DNA from: a virus
DNA: 64,000 nt
Virus record (IMG/VR): IMGVR_UViG_3300005337_000019
Coordinates: 1-64,000 of that record
Direction: 5' to 3' (one strand)
This document shows, in pieces, positions 54,298 through 63,645 of this stretch. Below the pieces are notes generated by a model, which saw only the letters and a program-made list of their open reading frames with translations, searched no databases and was not told the DNA's origin. The translations under genes and the position numbers were made by a program. The number at the start of each line of letters is the position of its first letter. Positions within the stretch are counted from its first letter, which is position 1.

Positions 54298-55017
54298 ATG
54301 CCGCGCTCCTACATGCCCGCTTTCCCCGACATCCGCGGTCAGAAGTATGAACGGACGCCGATCAGCGAGACGCAGTCATCGCCGCTCGACACCGCCGGTG
54401 ATGTGCACGGCATCACTGGCACCGTCATCTCGTCCGGGACCGATGGCGAGATTCGCCTGCCCGTCATCCGACGCTACCGCTACCGCCTGGGATGGGACCT
54501 TGTGTCCACCGAGCAGGCCGTCGACATCGAATATGCGGCGCTCTACCTCTGCGCGGACGGCACGGGCGTCTGCCCGTTCATTGAATGGGAGGTAACGGAC
54601 GAGAGCGATTATCCGATCGTCGAGTCGGTCGGAAATCCGACGTTCGCGTTTCCGCTGATCCAGCCCGACCTCGATGCCGGAAGCATCATTTTCGTCCACT
54701 GGTGGGAAGTTCGGAGCTTCACGCTCGTCGACTTCGGTGGCGGAGCGATCGATCAAGGGTGGCCCGAACCGGACGGATCGAGTTACGTCGTCACCCAGGA
54801 CGATACGTGGCTCGGAAACATCCCGTCGATGCATGTTCCTGACTGGGCGCCCGACACGATCGGCGGTGCCTACGTGCAAGGTCGGCGGATTCGCATCGTG
54901 ACGACCGAAGCGGGATCGTATGTGCGCGAAAAGACGAAACAGCCCGACCGCTGGTCGGTCAGCGTGACGCTGATCGAAAAGGAGACCGGCATCGCGCCGG
55001 GATACGCGCGCGCATGA
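54298..55017 (+). CDS. Distal tail-like protein
   Basis: RYRYRLGWDLVS..., WSVSVTLIE; position. Confidence 0.55.
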   Translation: MPRSYMPAFPDIRGQKYERTPISETQSSPLDTAGDVHGITGTVISSGTDGEIRLPVIRRYRYRLGWDLVSTEQAVDIEYAALYLCADGTGVCPFIEWEVTDESDYPIVESVGNPTFAFPLIQPDLDAGSIIFVHWWEVRSFTLVDFGGGAIDQGWPEPDGSSYVVTQDDTWLGNIPSMHVPDWAPDTIGGAYVQGRRIRIVTTEAGSYVREKTKQPDRWSVSVTLIEKETGIAPGYARA

Positions 55018-55637
55018 CGGCTTTCATCGATCTCTCGCCCGACACGCTCGGCGTCGGCAACAAGTACCGCATGGTGCCGTTGTGGGGGCCGAAGTCCGTG
55101 CACTCGCGTGGCGCGCCGCAGTTCACCGGCTTCCGAAAGTTCCGGCGCCCGCGGTTCACGTTCGACCTGGCGTGGACGCAACTCGAAAAGCCGATCGCGC
55201 AGGAGATCGATCGACACGTGCGCGCGCAACTCGCCACGGTGTTCCCGTTTGATTGGTTCGACTGGTATTCGTGGTGGTGGCAGTCGGTCCTCGTTGGCGT
55301 TGGCAACGGCGTCACGGTGCAATGGGTTTTGCCGGCGAAGGACGTAACCGACGTGACCATCTACACCGGCGGCGCAACGCTCGCCGGCGGTGCGAACGAT
55401 CGGCAACTGATCGGCGGCAACATCGAATATCGCATCGGCCCGAACCTCGAGGACGGCGTCACGCTCTTTTCGCCGCCGCCGGCGGGGCGACCGATTTGGG
55501 CGTACTTCCGCGGCCGCCGCCGCTGGAACGTCACGATCGAATCCGACCTGCAGCAGGCGCTCAGCCGCGACCTCGATACCGGTCTCTACTCGGTTCCGAT
55601 GCGCATCATTCAGACGAAACCAACGGTGACCGCATGA
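55014..55637 (+). CDS. Distal tail protein (DUF2460-like)
   Basis: PRFTFDLAW, FPFDWFDW, GVGNGVTVQWVL, VTLFSPPPAG. Confidence 0.65.
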   Translation: MTAFIDLSPDTLGVGNKYRMVPLWGPKSVHSRGAPQFTGFRKFRRPRFTFDLAWTQLEKPIAQEIDRHVRAQLATVFPFDWFDWYSWWWQSVLVGVGNGVTVQWVLPAKDVTDVTIYTGGATLAGGANDRQLIGGNIEYRIGPNLEDGVTLFSPPPAGRPIWAYFRGRRRWNVTIESDLQQALSRDLDTGLYSVPMRIIQTKPTVTA

Positions 55638-58600
55638 GCGATCTACGCGAAATCAAAGGGGACGAGACCGAAAGCGACCGCGCCAAACGCGAGCGTGAGA
55701 TCGAGCGCGGCGCGACTGTTCTGAACGAACAGATCGAGCGTCGGCGGGCGACTGGATCAACGCCGGAAGTCATCTCGCGCGGCCCGTTCACCGTTCCGAA
55801 CCGGCCATACATCCCCGGCGCAGGTCCGCCGGCAGCGGCGCCGACCGAGCGGACGTTCCTCGATCCGCGCGAGTACACGACGACGATGAGCGCGGCCGGG
55901 CTGCCCATCGACATCGCGCTCGGGCGATGCCTTCAGCCGCAGACGAAGCTGATTTACGAGGAGTCGTGGGCGAATTCCACGGTTCTCACGTGGATCGTGT
56001 CGCTGTGCGAGGGCCCCATTCAGTCGGTGCAGCCGATCGCCGACAACAAGCCGCTGCGGATGGCCTCCGGCAGCTTCACGAACCCCAACGGCACGCTGTT
56101 CGTCGACGACACGGGCTTCATTCGCGTCTACGTCTACGACGGCTCGCAGACCTCGATCGCATCGTCGGGGCTCGGCACGTACGACGCGCTCGCCGCGGCC
56201 GAAGAAGTTCACACCGGGATCGCGCTGGCCGTCGTGTTCATCACCTTCGACAACGACAAGATGAACACGGCACCGACGATGACGTGGGTGCTCGAGGGTT
56301 ACCGTTTGTGCAAGGACCCCGTCGACGGCGTGCGGCGCTATTCGCCGTATCCGCCCGTTCACGCGCGCGAGCTGCTGACGAACACGACGTGGGGCATTCA
56401 ACTGCCCGACGACGCGCAACATCTCGACGACCACCTCACGAACCTCGGCGGCTGGGGCCGCGCGCGTAATGACTGCGCGGTCGCGATTTTCCCGCCGACG
56501 CCGTCCAACGCTCCAACGGCCGCGATCACGGGATCCGGCAGCATCCCGGCGGGCGGCTACTGGTACACGTTCACCAGCGTAACGGGCGATGGCGTGGAAA
56601 CGCTCGAGTCGCCGCTCTCGGCGCAGGTCACGGTGGCGGCCGGTCCATCAAAGCAGATCACGGTGACCGTGCCCGCCGGCGGCGCCGGTACAGCGAAGCG
56701 GAACGTCTATCGCAACGCGACGATCGGCGTACAGACGCCCCGATATCTCGTCGGCACCATCAGCAGCAACACCGCCGGCGCGACCCTCGTCGACAACACG
56801 GACAACACGACATTGCTCGGCCAGGGCGTCACGGCGCCCACCGTCGCGCCGCGCCCGGAGCGGTACATCGCCGGAATCCTCATCTCCCGGCAGGCTAACG
56901 GACAGGACTGGCTCGACACGATCCTTGCGCACTTCGCCGGCAAGATGACAATGGACAACGGCCGCTATCAGTGCCGCGTGGATCAAAAGCTCGACGCCGG
57001 CTACACGAAGATGGTCCTCCGGGATGAGATTTACGACACCGGGACGGATCTTCTGGTGGGATCGCCTGAGCTCGCGCCGGCGAACGTCGATCCGATGAGC
57101 GTCGAGGTGTGGCGGAAGGACGAGACCGAGCTTTTCAACGTCATCACCATCAACTACCTCGATTCCAACAACAACTTTCAGTCCGCGAGCGTCACGCTGA
57201 AGCGCGACAAGGTGAAGGCCCTGCTCGAGCGGCCTCGTATCGCGACGTTTGAGCTTCCGGGATGTCCCGACAAGAACCAAGCGATGCGCCTCGCCACGCT
57301 TTACCTCAACCGGGCGTGGGACGATCTGTTGTGGCGCGTGCGCGGCGATCGCGCACTGCTGGCGCTGCAGCCGGGTCTGGACGTCGCGCATCTGCTCATC
57401 GGTGGGCTCGTTTTCGATGGGCGCGTGCTGAAGCTCACGACGGATGGTGACGCTTTCATCGCTGAAGGTGAGGAGTACCAGGAACCGAGCTATGCCGAGC
57501 GCGTGCAGAACGAGGACTCGCCGATCGGTTCGACGATTCCTGACCCGAGCGCGACGCCGCCGAACCCGACGAACTGCGCCGTGCGCGAGGTGATGAGCGA
57601 AGGCACCGGCGGCGCCTCTGGCTACTTGCTGGTGAGCTTCACGCCTGGCAACACGCCGTATTACCGCGCGACCCGCGTGGTGGTGAACGACGGCCTCAAT
57701 ACCTACGTCGCCGGCGAGATGGCCGTGGGCCCGATCCCGGTCCGTAATCCGCGTCGCGGGTATCCGCACATCATCACGCTCTACACGATCACCGATCGCG
57801 GAACCCGCATCTCGACCGGCTTCGTGTTGGCGCCGATCACGCCGCAGCTCCTCGGCCCGGTCGTCCCGGACGTGCAGAACCTCTCGGCTCCGTTCGACAC
57901 GTTCACGAACCGCGGCACGATCACCTGCACGCTGCCTCCGTATGTCGGCATCGACCACATCGAGATTTTCGACAACTACGGCAACCCCGCGGTTCCGCCC
58001 CGTCGCCACAGCGTTCCCGCGTCGACCGTGGCCGCAGGTCAGCCGATCGATCTCAAAGACATGATCCACGGCGACGGGTATACCGACGATCTCTCCTTCA
58101 GCATCATCGTCAAGGTGGTCAACTCGTTCGGCGACAAATCGCCGGGGTTGCCGATCACGTGGAAGGTAGCGCGCAACGGCCAGGCGAGTTACGCGGTCGG
58201 ATACGACCCGCGCGATGTCACCTTCGACGGCGCGAAGATTTGGGTGAGCAACTACAACGGCGCGAACGTGTCGCGCCTCGATCGAAGCACGACCCCCGCC
58301 ACGGTCGACCTGACCGTGTCCGTTGGATCGAAGCCGTTCGGCATCCTCTACGCGAACGGCTACGTGTGGGTGGCGAACTTCGGCAGCGACTCGATCACGA
58401 GGATGAACCCTGACGGCACTGGCGTGACGACGCTGAGCCTCACAGCCGGTGACGGGCCGATCGGCCTCGTGAAAACGGTCTCGTCTACGGGCGCGCAATC
58501 CATCGCCATCAGTTGCCACACCTCGGGCAAGGTGAAGGCGATCGATTTGTCGACGCTTTCGGTGTTGCCGTGGTCCGCGACGGTCGGCCGCAAGCCGTGC

Positions 58601-59137
58601 TTCATGTACCCAGTCACGGTGAGCGGGAAGCTCTTTCTCTACGTCTGTAACTACCTCGACAACACGCTGAGCGTGATCAATGAGGCCGGCAGCGTCATCG
58701 CCACGATTCCCGTGGGGCAGGGTCCGTTCGGCCTCACGTACGACGGCACGAACCTGTGGATCTGCAACTACGCGGATTCGACGATGTCGATCGTGAACCC
58801 CGCGACGAACACGGTGGTCGGAACGGTGGTGCTCGGAACGCACACCGGCCCCACCGACGCGGCGTACGTGAACGGTTACGTGTGGGTGACGGAGGCTCAG
58901 GCGCGCCAGCTCACGCGCATCAACGTGAACACGCGCACGGCAACGGCCCACACACCGCAGCCATCGTCGCCGCGGTCGATTCTGTACGACGGCACCGATC
59001 TATGGATGCCGCTCAATCTCAACGACGCCTCGAGCACGGTGCCGGTCACCGTGACGAATCCGGGACCTGGCGGCGGAACGTCGGCACCGGTGAACTTCAA
59101 GATTCTCGGTCTCGATCCGTCACCGTTACCGTCCTAA
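55634..59137 (+). CDS. Tail tip / central fibre (J-like hub, FN3-like domains, YVTN beta-propeller) ending in a foreign half IPT domain
   Basis: SLCEGPIQSV, FNVITINYLD, ELPGC..QAMRLA; six full and one truncated YVTN blades; final TVPVTVTNPGPGGGTSAPVNFKI. Confidence 0.88.
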   Translation: MSDLREIKGDETESDRAKREREIERGATVLNEQIERRRATGSTPEVISRGPFTVPNRPYIPGAGPPAAAPTERTFLDPREYTTTMSAAGLPIDIALGRCLQPQTKLIYEESWANSTVLTWIVSLCEGPIQSVQPIADNKPLRMASGSFTNPNGTLFVDDTGFIRVYVYDGSQTSIASSGLGTYDALAAAEEVHTGIALAVVFITFDNDKMNTAPTMTWVLEGYRLCKDPVDGVRRYSPYPPVHARELLTNTTWGIQLPDDAQHLDDHLTNLGGWGRARNDCAVAIFPPTPSNAPTAAITGSGSIPAGGYWYTFTSVTGDGVETLESPLSAQVTVAAGPSKQITVTVPAGGAGTAKRNVYRNATIGVQTPRYLVGTISSNTAGATLVDNTDNTTLLGQGVTAPTVAPRPERYIAGILISRQANGQDWLDTILAHFAGKMTMDNGRYQCRVDQKLDAGYTKMVLRDEIYDTGTDLLVGSPELAPANVDPMSVEVWRKDETELFNVITINYLDSNNNFQSASVTLKRDKVKALLERPRIATFELPGCPDKNQAMRLATLYLNRAWDDLLWRVRGDRALLALQPGLDVAHLLIGGLVFDGRVLKLTTDGDAFIAEGEEYQEPSYAERVQNEDSPIGSTIPDPSATPPNPTNCAVREVMSEGTGGASGYLLVSFTPGNTPYYRATRVVVNDGLNTYVAGEMAVGPIPVRNPRRGYPHIITLYTITDRGTRISTGFVLAPITPQLLGPVVPDVQNLSAPFDTFTNRGTITCTLPPYVGIDHIEIFDNYGNPAVPPRRHSVPASTVAAGQPIDLKDMIHGDGYTDDLSFSIIVKVVNSFGDKSPGLPITWKVARNGQASYAVGYDPRDVTFDGAKIWVSNYNGANVSRLDRSTTPATVDLTVSVGSKPFGILYANGYVWVANFGSDSITRMNPDGTGVTTLSLTAGDGPIGLVKTVSSTGAQSIAISCHTSGKVKAIDLSTLSVLPWSATVGRKPCFMYPVTVSGKLFLYVCNYLDNTLSVINEAGSVIATIPVGQGPFGLTYDGTNLWICNYADSTMSIVNPATNTVVGTVVLGTHTGPTDAAYVNGYVWVTEAQARQLTRINVNTRTATAHTPQPSSPRSILYDGTDLWMPLNLNDASSTVPVTVTNPGPGGGTSAPVNFKILGLDPSPLPS

Positions 59138-62100
59138 CAAGGACCTATGTAGGTACTACTTAGAACCAGAAGGGGACCAGCGGAAACTAGTTAAAACCAG
59201 TAAAAACTAGTTTTTACCGTCTGAAATACGATGGCGACACTCAGCAGCCTCACTCCGAACAGCAAGCCGGTCGGCTCGCCGTCATTTGTTCTGACGGCCA
59301 CCGGGTCGGGATTCATCCACCGCACCGGCGGCACGATCGATGACCCGACATACGCCTATCCGGATGTGATCGAGTTCAACGGCAACGAGTATCAGATCGA
59401 TCCGACCACCGCGAGCGGCAACAGCGTCAGCGCCACGATCCCCGCTTCGGAGTTGACCGTCGCCGGCACGTACAGCGTCCGGGTGATCCTCGACGACTTG
59501 ACGGCGAGCAACAGTGTGTCCTTCAGCGTCACGGCGACGGTGCCGACGCTGACCAGCGTCTCGCCGACCAGCATCGCCGCCGGCGGCAGCGCGCAGATCA
59601 CGTGCAACGGCACGAGCTTCACGGCCTCGAGCGTCGTACGCGTCGACGGCGTCGATCAGACGACGACGTTTGTGAGCTCGACGCAGATCAAGACGACGGG
59701 CAGCTACGCGTTCTCCGCCATCGGGAAGATTCAGACGGTCACGGTCAACACGCCGGGCGTCGGCGAGTCGGGCGGACAGTCGATCACAGTCAACAACCCA
59801 GTGCCGACGATGAGCAACATCTCGCCGGCGAGCGTGAACGTCGGCGATCCGACGTTCACCATGACCATCACCGGCACGGGCTTCAATGGAAGCACTCGCG
59901 CGGCGATCAGCGGTTCGTTCCGCGACACCGTGGTCGTGAGCTCGACGACCCTCCACGTCACGATTCTGAACACGGACCTCGGCAGCGCCGGATCCCCGGT
60001 CATCGGCGTGGTCAACCCCTCGCCTGGCGGCGCGACAATCCGCAACGATCAGGCGCCGAACATCACCGCCTTTACGATCAACAACCCCGTTCCCGTCATC
60101 GACAGCATCTCGCCGTCCTCGGTCATGTCGGGCAGCGGCGCGACGACGATCACGGTCACCGGCAGCCTATTCGTCAGCGGCACCGGTGCGAGCGTTGTGA
60201 AATGGAACGGCGTTGCGCAGACGACCACGTTCGTCAGCGGGAACCAGCTCACCTTCGCTGCCACGCAAACGATGCTGGCGCAAGCCGGCACGGCGACGGT
60301 GACGGTGTTCAACGGCGGGCCGGGCGGCGGCACGTCGAATTCGAAGACGTTCAACATCACCGGCGGCACGCCGAACCTCAACAGCATTACGCCGTCGACG
60401 GTGCCCGCGAACAGCACGACGGGGATCATCCTTGCCGGCAGCAACTTCTCGACCTCGTTCACCGTTCGCATCAACGGTGCGTCCGTCGCCGCGAACTGGA
60501 TCAACTCGACGCGGATCGATGTGACCGTCACGCCGTCGATGGTTCCGACCGCCGGCGATTACACCGTGACCGTGACCAACAACGGCGCAGGCGGCGGCAC
60601 CTCGCAGACGCGCCACCTGACGGCGACGAATCCGGCGCCGACGCTCACGTCGCTCTCGACCACCACGAAGACAGTCGGGGACGCGGCCTTCACGCTGACT
60701 CTGACCGGCACGGGCTTCATCAGCGGCGCGAGCTCGGGTACGGTCAGCGGAGCTGCGCGGACGACGACGTTCGTCAGCTCGACATCACTTCAGATCGCGA
60801 TCACGGCTTCCGACCTGGCTACGGGTGGAACGCTCGCGATCGGGGTGACGAACGCCAGTCCGGGCGGTGGCTCGAGCTCGACCATCAACCTCACGGTGAA
60901 TTACCCCGTTCCCACGGTCAGCAGCTTCGACAGCAATACGATCGTGATCGGATCGCCGGACACCACCGTCGTGATCAATGGCACGGGATTCGGCACCGGT
61001 TCGCAGGTGAAGATCGGCGCCACGAACCTCACCACGACTTACGTGAGCTCGATCAAGCTGCAGGCGGTGGTGCCGGCATCGTCCCTCACCACGATCACGA
61101 CGCTGAGCCTCACGGTCACGAACCCGACGCCAGGCGGCGGCACCGTGTCATGCCCGACGCTGTCGGTGGTGAATCCAGTGCCGGCCATCTCGTCGCTCTC
61201 GCCGGCGAACGTCAACGCGGGGAGCGCCGCGTTCGATCTCACGATTACCGGCACCGGCTTCCGGTCTGGTGTCTCCTCGGCCTACATCAACGGATCGGCC
61301 CGCACGACGACCTTCAACAGTTCTACGCAGCTCACGATGGCCGTCAACGCGAACGACGTGACGGCGGCCGGCACGTTGAACGTCACGGTCGTGAACACTG
61401 GTCCGGGCGGTGGCTCGTCGGCGCCGGCGCCGTTCTATGTCGGCTCCGTCAATCCCGTGCCGACGCTCACGAGCATCAGCCCATCCACGCGGAATGCCGG
61501 TGACCCAGGCCCCGTGGTCACCGTCACCGGCACCAACTTTCTGACCTCGAGCGTGGTGCGCTGGGAAGGTGCCGATCGGCCGACGACGTATGTCGACGCG
61601 ACGCACCTGACCGTGCAACTTCAGAACGGCGACCTCGCGCTTCCCGGCACGTACAACATCACGGTATTCAATCCGGCGCCCGGCGGCGGCCTCTCTGGCG
61701 CGAACGGGTTCGTCGTCGTCGCGGTGAACCCCGCTCCGCAAGTCACGAGCGTCTCGCCGGCGTCGGCAACCACCGGCGGCGGTTCCTTCACGCTGACGAT
61801 CAACGGTGCCCAGTTCATCGCGACCTCGACCGTCCGGATTACCGATGCGGTCGGTGGCGTAACGAATCCGACGCCGACGTTCGTCAACTCGACCACCCTG
61901 ACCGTAACGGTTGCCTCGTCGGCGATCGTCAACGCTGGCTCGGTCACCGTGCAGGTCACCAATCCGACGCCGGGCGGCGGTTCCGCGTCGACGACGTTCA
62001 CTGTTGGATCGGGCAACCCTGTTCCGACCATCGCCAGCATCTCGCCGACGACGGTCAACGTGGGCGCCGCGGCGACGACGCTGACCATCAACGGGACCGG

Positions 62101-62486
62101 CTACATCGCCACCTCGCAGGTGAAGGCGAACGGCACGAACCTCACGACCACATTCGTGAGCTCGACGCAAGTCACGGCGACGCTCACCACCACGTTCACC
62201 GGCACCGCGGGCATCGTGCAGATCACCGTGACCAACCCGGCGAGCGGCGGCGGAACGTCGAACGTGTACGCATTCAATGTGCTCAACACGACGAATCCGG
62301 TGCCGTCCATCGACAGCCTCTCGCCCGAGCAACTTCTGCGCGGCCTGGCGACGTTCGTTCTCGCAGTCTTCGGGAAGAACTTCATTCCGTCGAGCACGGC
62401 CGCGTTCAACGGCGTGAACAAAACAACCACCTACGTCTCACCGACGCGAGTCGATGCGTCGATCCCGGCGGCCGACATCGCGCTCG
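59031..62486 (+). mobile_element. Putative excisable or permuted-gene segment (3456 bp) with complementary ends
   Basis: In-frame reciprocal junctions at CGA (59031-59033 and 62487-62489); 24-nt ends give 18 Watson-Crick and 2 G-U pairs. Confidence 0.55.
59165..59220. repeat. AT-rich, 10-bp-phased ACYAG repeat array with palindrome
   Basis: ACYAG at 59165, 59176, 59186, 59196, 59206; palindrome gtaaaaactagtttttac at 59200-59217. Confidence 0.7.
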
Positions 62487-63172
62487 CGACGGGCGGCGTC
62501 GCGCGGGTCAACCCGAACGGTCATCCGGAGAGCCTGTCCGCGAACGCGCAGAACGTGCGCGCCTTTGCCGCCGGCAGCGCCGAAGCGCCGGCGATGACCA
62601 TCGGTCCGAATGCCACGAAGACGGGCTGGCACGCCCCGGAAGAGCACACCTGGGAATGGGTTGCGAATACGATCTCGCAGATGCGTCTCGGCCCTGACGG
62701 GGTCGAAACGTCCGATCTCGCGGTGTACGGCGATCACGACGTGCACAACTCGACGGGCGCGCTGATGATCATCAACATCACGAGCACCGGGAGCAGCTAC
62801 TCGAGCATCCCCACGGTCACGATCGGCGCGCCGCCGCCGGCGGGGCATCAGGCAACCGCGGTGGCGGTGCTCGACGGCGACGGCGGGGTCGATCACATCG
62901 TCATGGTCGATTCGGGCGAAGGGTATGACCCCGCGAACCCGCCGAGCGTGACGATCACCGGCGGCGGCGGCACCGGCGCCGCGGCGACGGCTGTGGTGAC
63001 GAGCGGCCTCATGGCGTCGGTGGCGAATGGGTTCATCTACATCCCGACGCTGAACGGGCAACCGAACGGCGTGCCGCCGACGAAGACGGGTCTCGCGCCG
63101 ATGGTGCTCGACACCTTGCACAACAAGCTATGGGTGTACCGCGGTTCGTGGAAGGGCGTGGGGCTGACCTAG
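59231..63172 (+). CDS. IPT/TIG (Ig-like) repeat protein fused to a tail-fibre C-terminus
   Basis: About 12 NP.PT(L/I).S(L/I)SP...VTNP.PGGG repeats, the last truncated; then GGVARVNP and fibre-like domains ending LDTLHNKLWVY.GSW. Confidence 0.88.
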   Translation: MATLSSLTPNSKPVGSPSFVLTATGSGFIHRTGGTIDDPTYAYPDVIEFNGNEYQIDPTTASGNSVSATIPASELTVAGTYSVRVILDDLTASNSVSFSVTATVPTLTSVSPTSIAAGGSAQITCNGTSFTASSVVRVDGVDQTTTFVSSTQIKTTGSYAFSAIGKIQTVTVNTPGVGESGGQSITVNNPVPTMSNISPASVNVGDPTFTMTITGTGFNGSTRAAISGSFRDTVVVSSTTLHVTILNTDLGSAGSPVIGVVNPSPGGATIRNDQAPNITAFTINNPVPVIDSISPSSVMSGSGATTITVTGSLFVSGTGASVVKWNGVAQTTTFVSGNQLTFAATQTMLAQAGTATVTVFNGGPGGGTSNSKTFNITGGTPNLNSITPSTVPANSTTGIILAGSNFSTSFTVRINGASVAANWINSTRIDVTVTPSMVPTAGDYTVTVTNNGAGGGTSQTRHLTATNPAPTLTSLSTTTKTVGDAAFTLTLTGTGFISGASSGTVSGAARTTTFVSSTSLQIAITASDLATGGTLAIGVTNASPGGGSSSTINLTVNYPVPTVSSFDSNTIVIGSPDTTVVINGTGFGTGSQVKIGATNLTTTYVSSIKLQAVVPASSLTTITTLSLTVTNPTPGGGTVSCPTLSVVNPVPAISSLSPANVNAGSAAFDLTITGTGFRSGVSSAYINGSARTTTFNSSTQLTMAVNANDVTAAGTLNVTVVNTGPGGGSSAPAPFYVGSVNPVPTLTSISPSTRNAGDPGPVVTVTGTNFLTSSVVRWEGADRPTTYVDATHLTVQLQNGDLALPGTYNITVFNPAPGGGLSGANGFVVVAVNPAPQVTSVSPASATTGGGSFTLTINGAQFIATSTVRITDAVGGVTNPTPTFVNSTTLTVTVASSAIVNAGSVTVQVTNPTPGGGSASTTFTVGSGNPVPTIASISPTTVNVGAAATTLTINGTGYIATSQVKANGTNLTTTFVSSTQVTATLTTTFTGTAGIVQITVTNPASGGGTSNVYAFNVLNTTNPVPSIDSLSPEQLLRGLATFVLAVFGKNFIPSSTAAFNGVNKTTTYVSPTRVDASIPAADIALATGGVARVNPNGHPESLSANAQNVRAFAAGSAEAPAMTIGPNATKTGWHAPEEHTWEWVANTISQMRLGPDGVETSDLAVYGDHDVHNSTGALMIINITSTGSSYSSIPTVTIGAPPPAGHQATAVAVLDGDGGVDHIVMVDSGEGYDPANPPSVTITGGGGTGAAATAVVTSGLMASVANGFIYIPTLNGQPNGVPPTKTGLAPMVLDTLHNKLWVYRGSWKGVGLT

Positions 63173-63489
63173 CGGGCGGCGGTTGCTCTACGCCGGATTG
63201 CATCCATCGCATGCAGGAGCATGCCCGGATGCTCGATCGTGCCGCCGAGCTCCCAACGGGAGATCGTCGCGACGCGGATCGGCTTTCCGGGAGAGCCGAG
63301 CTCGACGCCGAGCTCCTCCTGCGTCATGTGCGGATGCTTGCCGCACGTGCACGGCAGCGCCATGCGGCGGCGGCGCAACTCCTCGCCGTAGTTGATGACG
63401 CGCGCTCGCTTCGCTGAGCGCGGACGACGGCGCGATGATGCGGGGACTTGTCGCGTTTGTTTGGCAGCGAGGGGCGTCTTGGAAGGCAT
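63169..63489 (-). CDS. XRE/Cro-type HTH regulator (candidate repressor)
   Basis: MTQEELGVELG...VATISRWELG; GAGGAG RBS; divergent from a class-1 promoter. Confidence 0.8.
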   Translation of the reverse strand: MPSKTPLAAKQTRQVPASSRRRPRSAKRARVINYGEELRRRRMALPCTCGKHPHMTQEELGVELGSPGKPIRVATISRWELGGTIEHPGMLLHAMDAIRRRATAAR

Positions 63490-63610
63490 GCGCGTGGCTC
63501 CTCGTTTGGGCGTCTTCATTCGCTGGGGATTATACATCACGCCGAATCTACGCTATGTAGCTTGTGGCGGCATTACTCGTGACGTAGAATGACGCCGCGC
63601 GAAGAACCTC

Positions 63611-63639
63611 TTGACATGCTGACCGGTAAGCATTACATT
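63611..63639 (+). promoter_or_regulatory. Class-1 promoter with palindromic operator
   Basis: TTGACA-tgctgaccggtaagcat-TACATT. Confidence 0.85.
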
Positions 63640-63645
63640 GGATTC

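Noticed and set aside
59036-62492. Alternative crossover at the 4-bp ACGG microhomology (3453 bp)
   Set aside because: In frame, but gives an IPT junction one residue shorter than the sister repeats. The CGA register fits both repeat spacing and the terminal stem, so this alternative is disfavoured rather than excluded.
59020-62501. Classical transposon, group I/II intron or bulge-helix-bulge intron as the explanation of the permuted segment
   Set aside because: No transposase, maturase or ribozyme core is visible. The CGA repeat is not placed as a target duplication outside both inverted ends, and the junction stem has no bulge on the 5' strand as a BHB motif requires.
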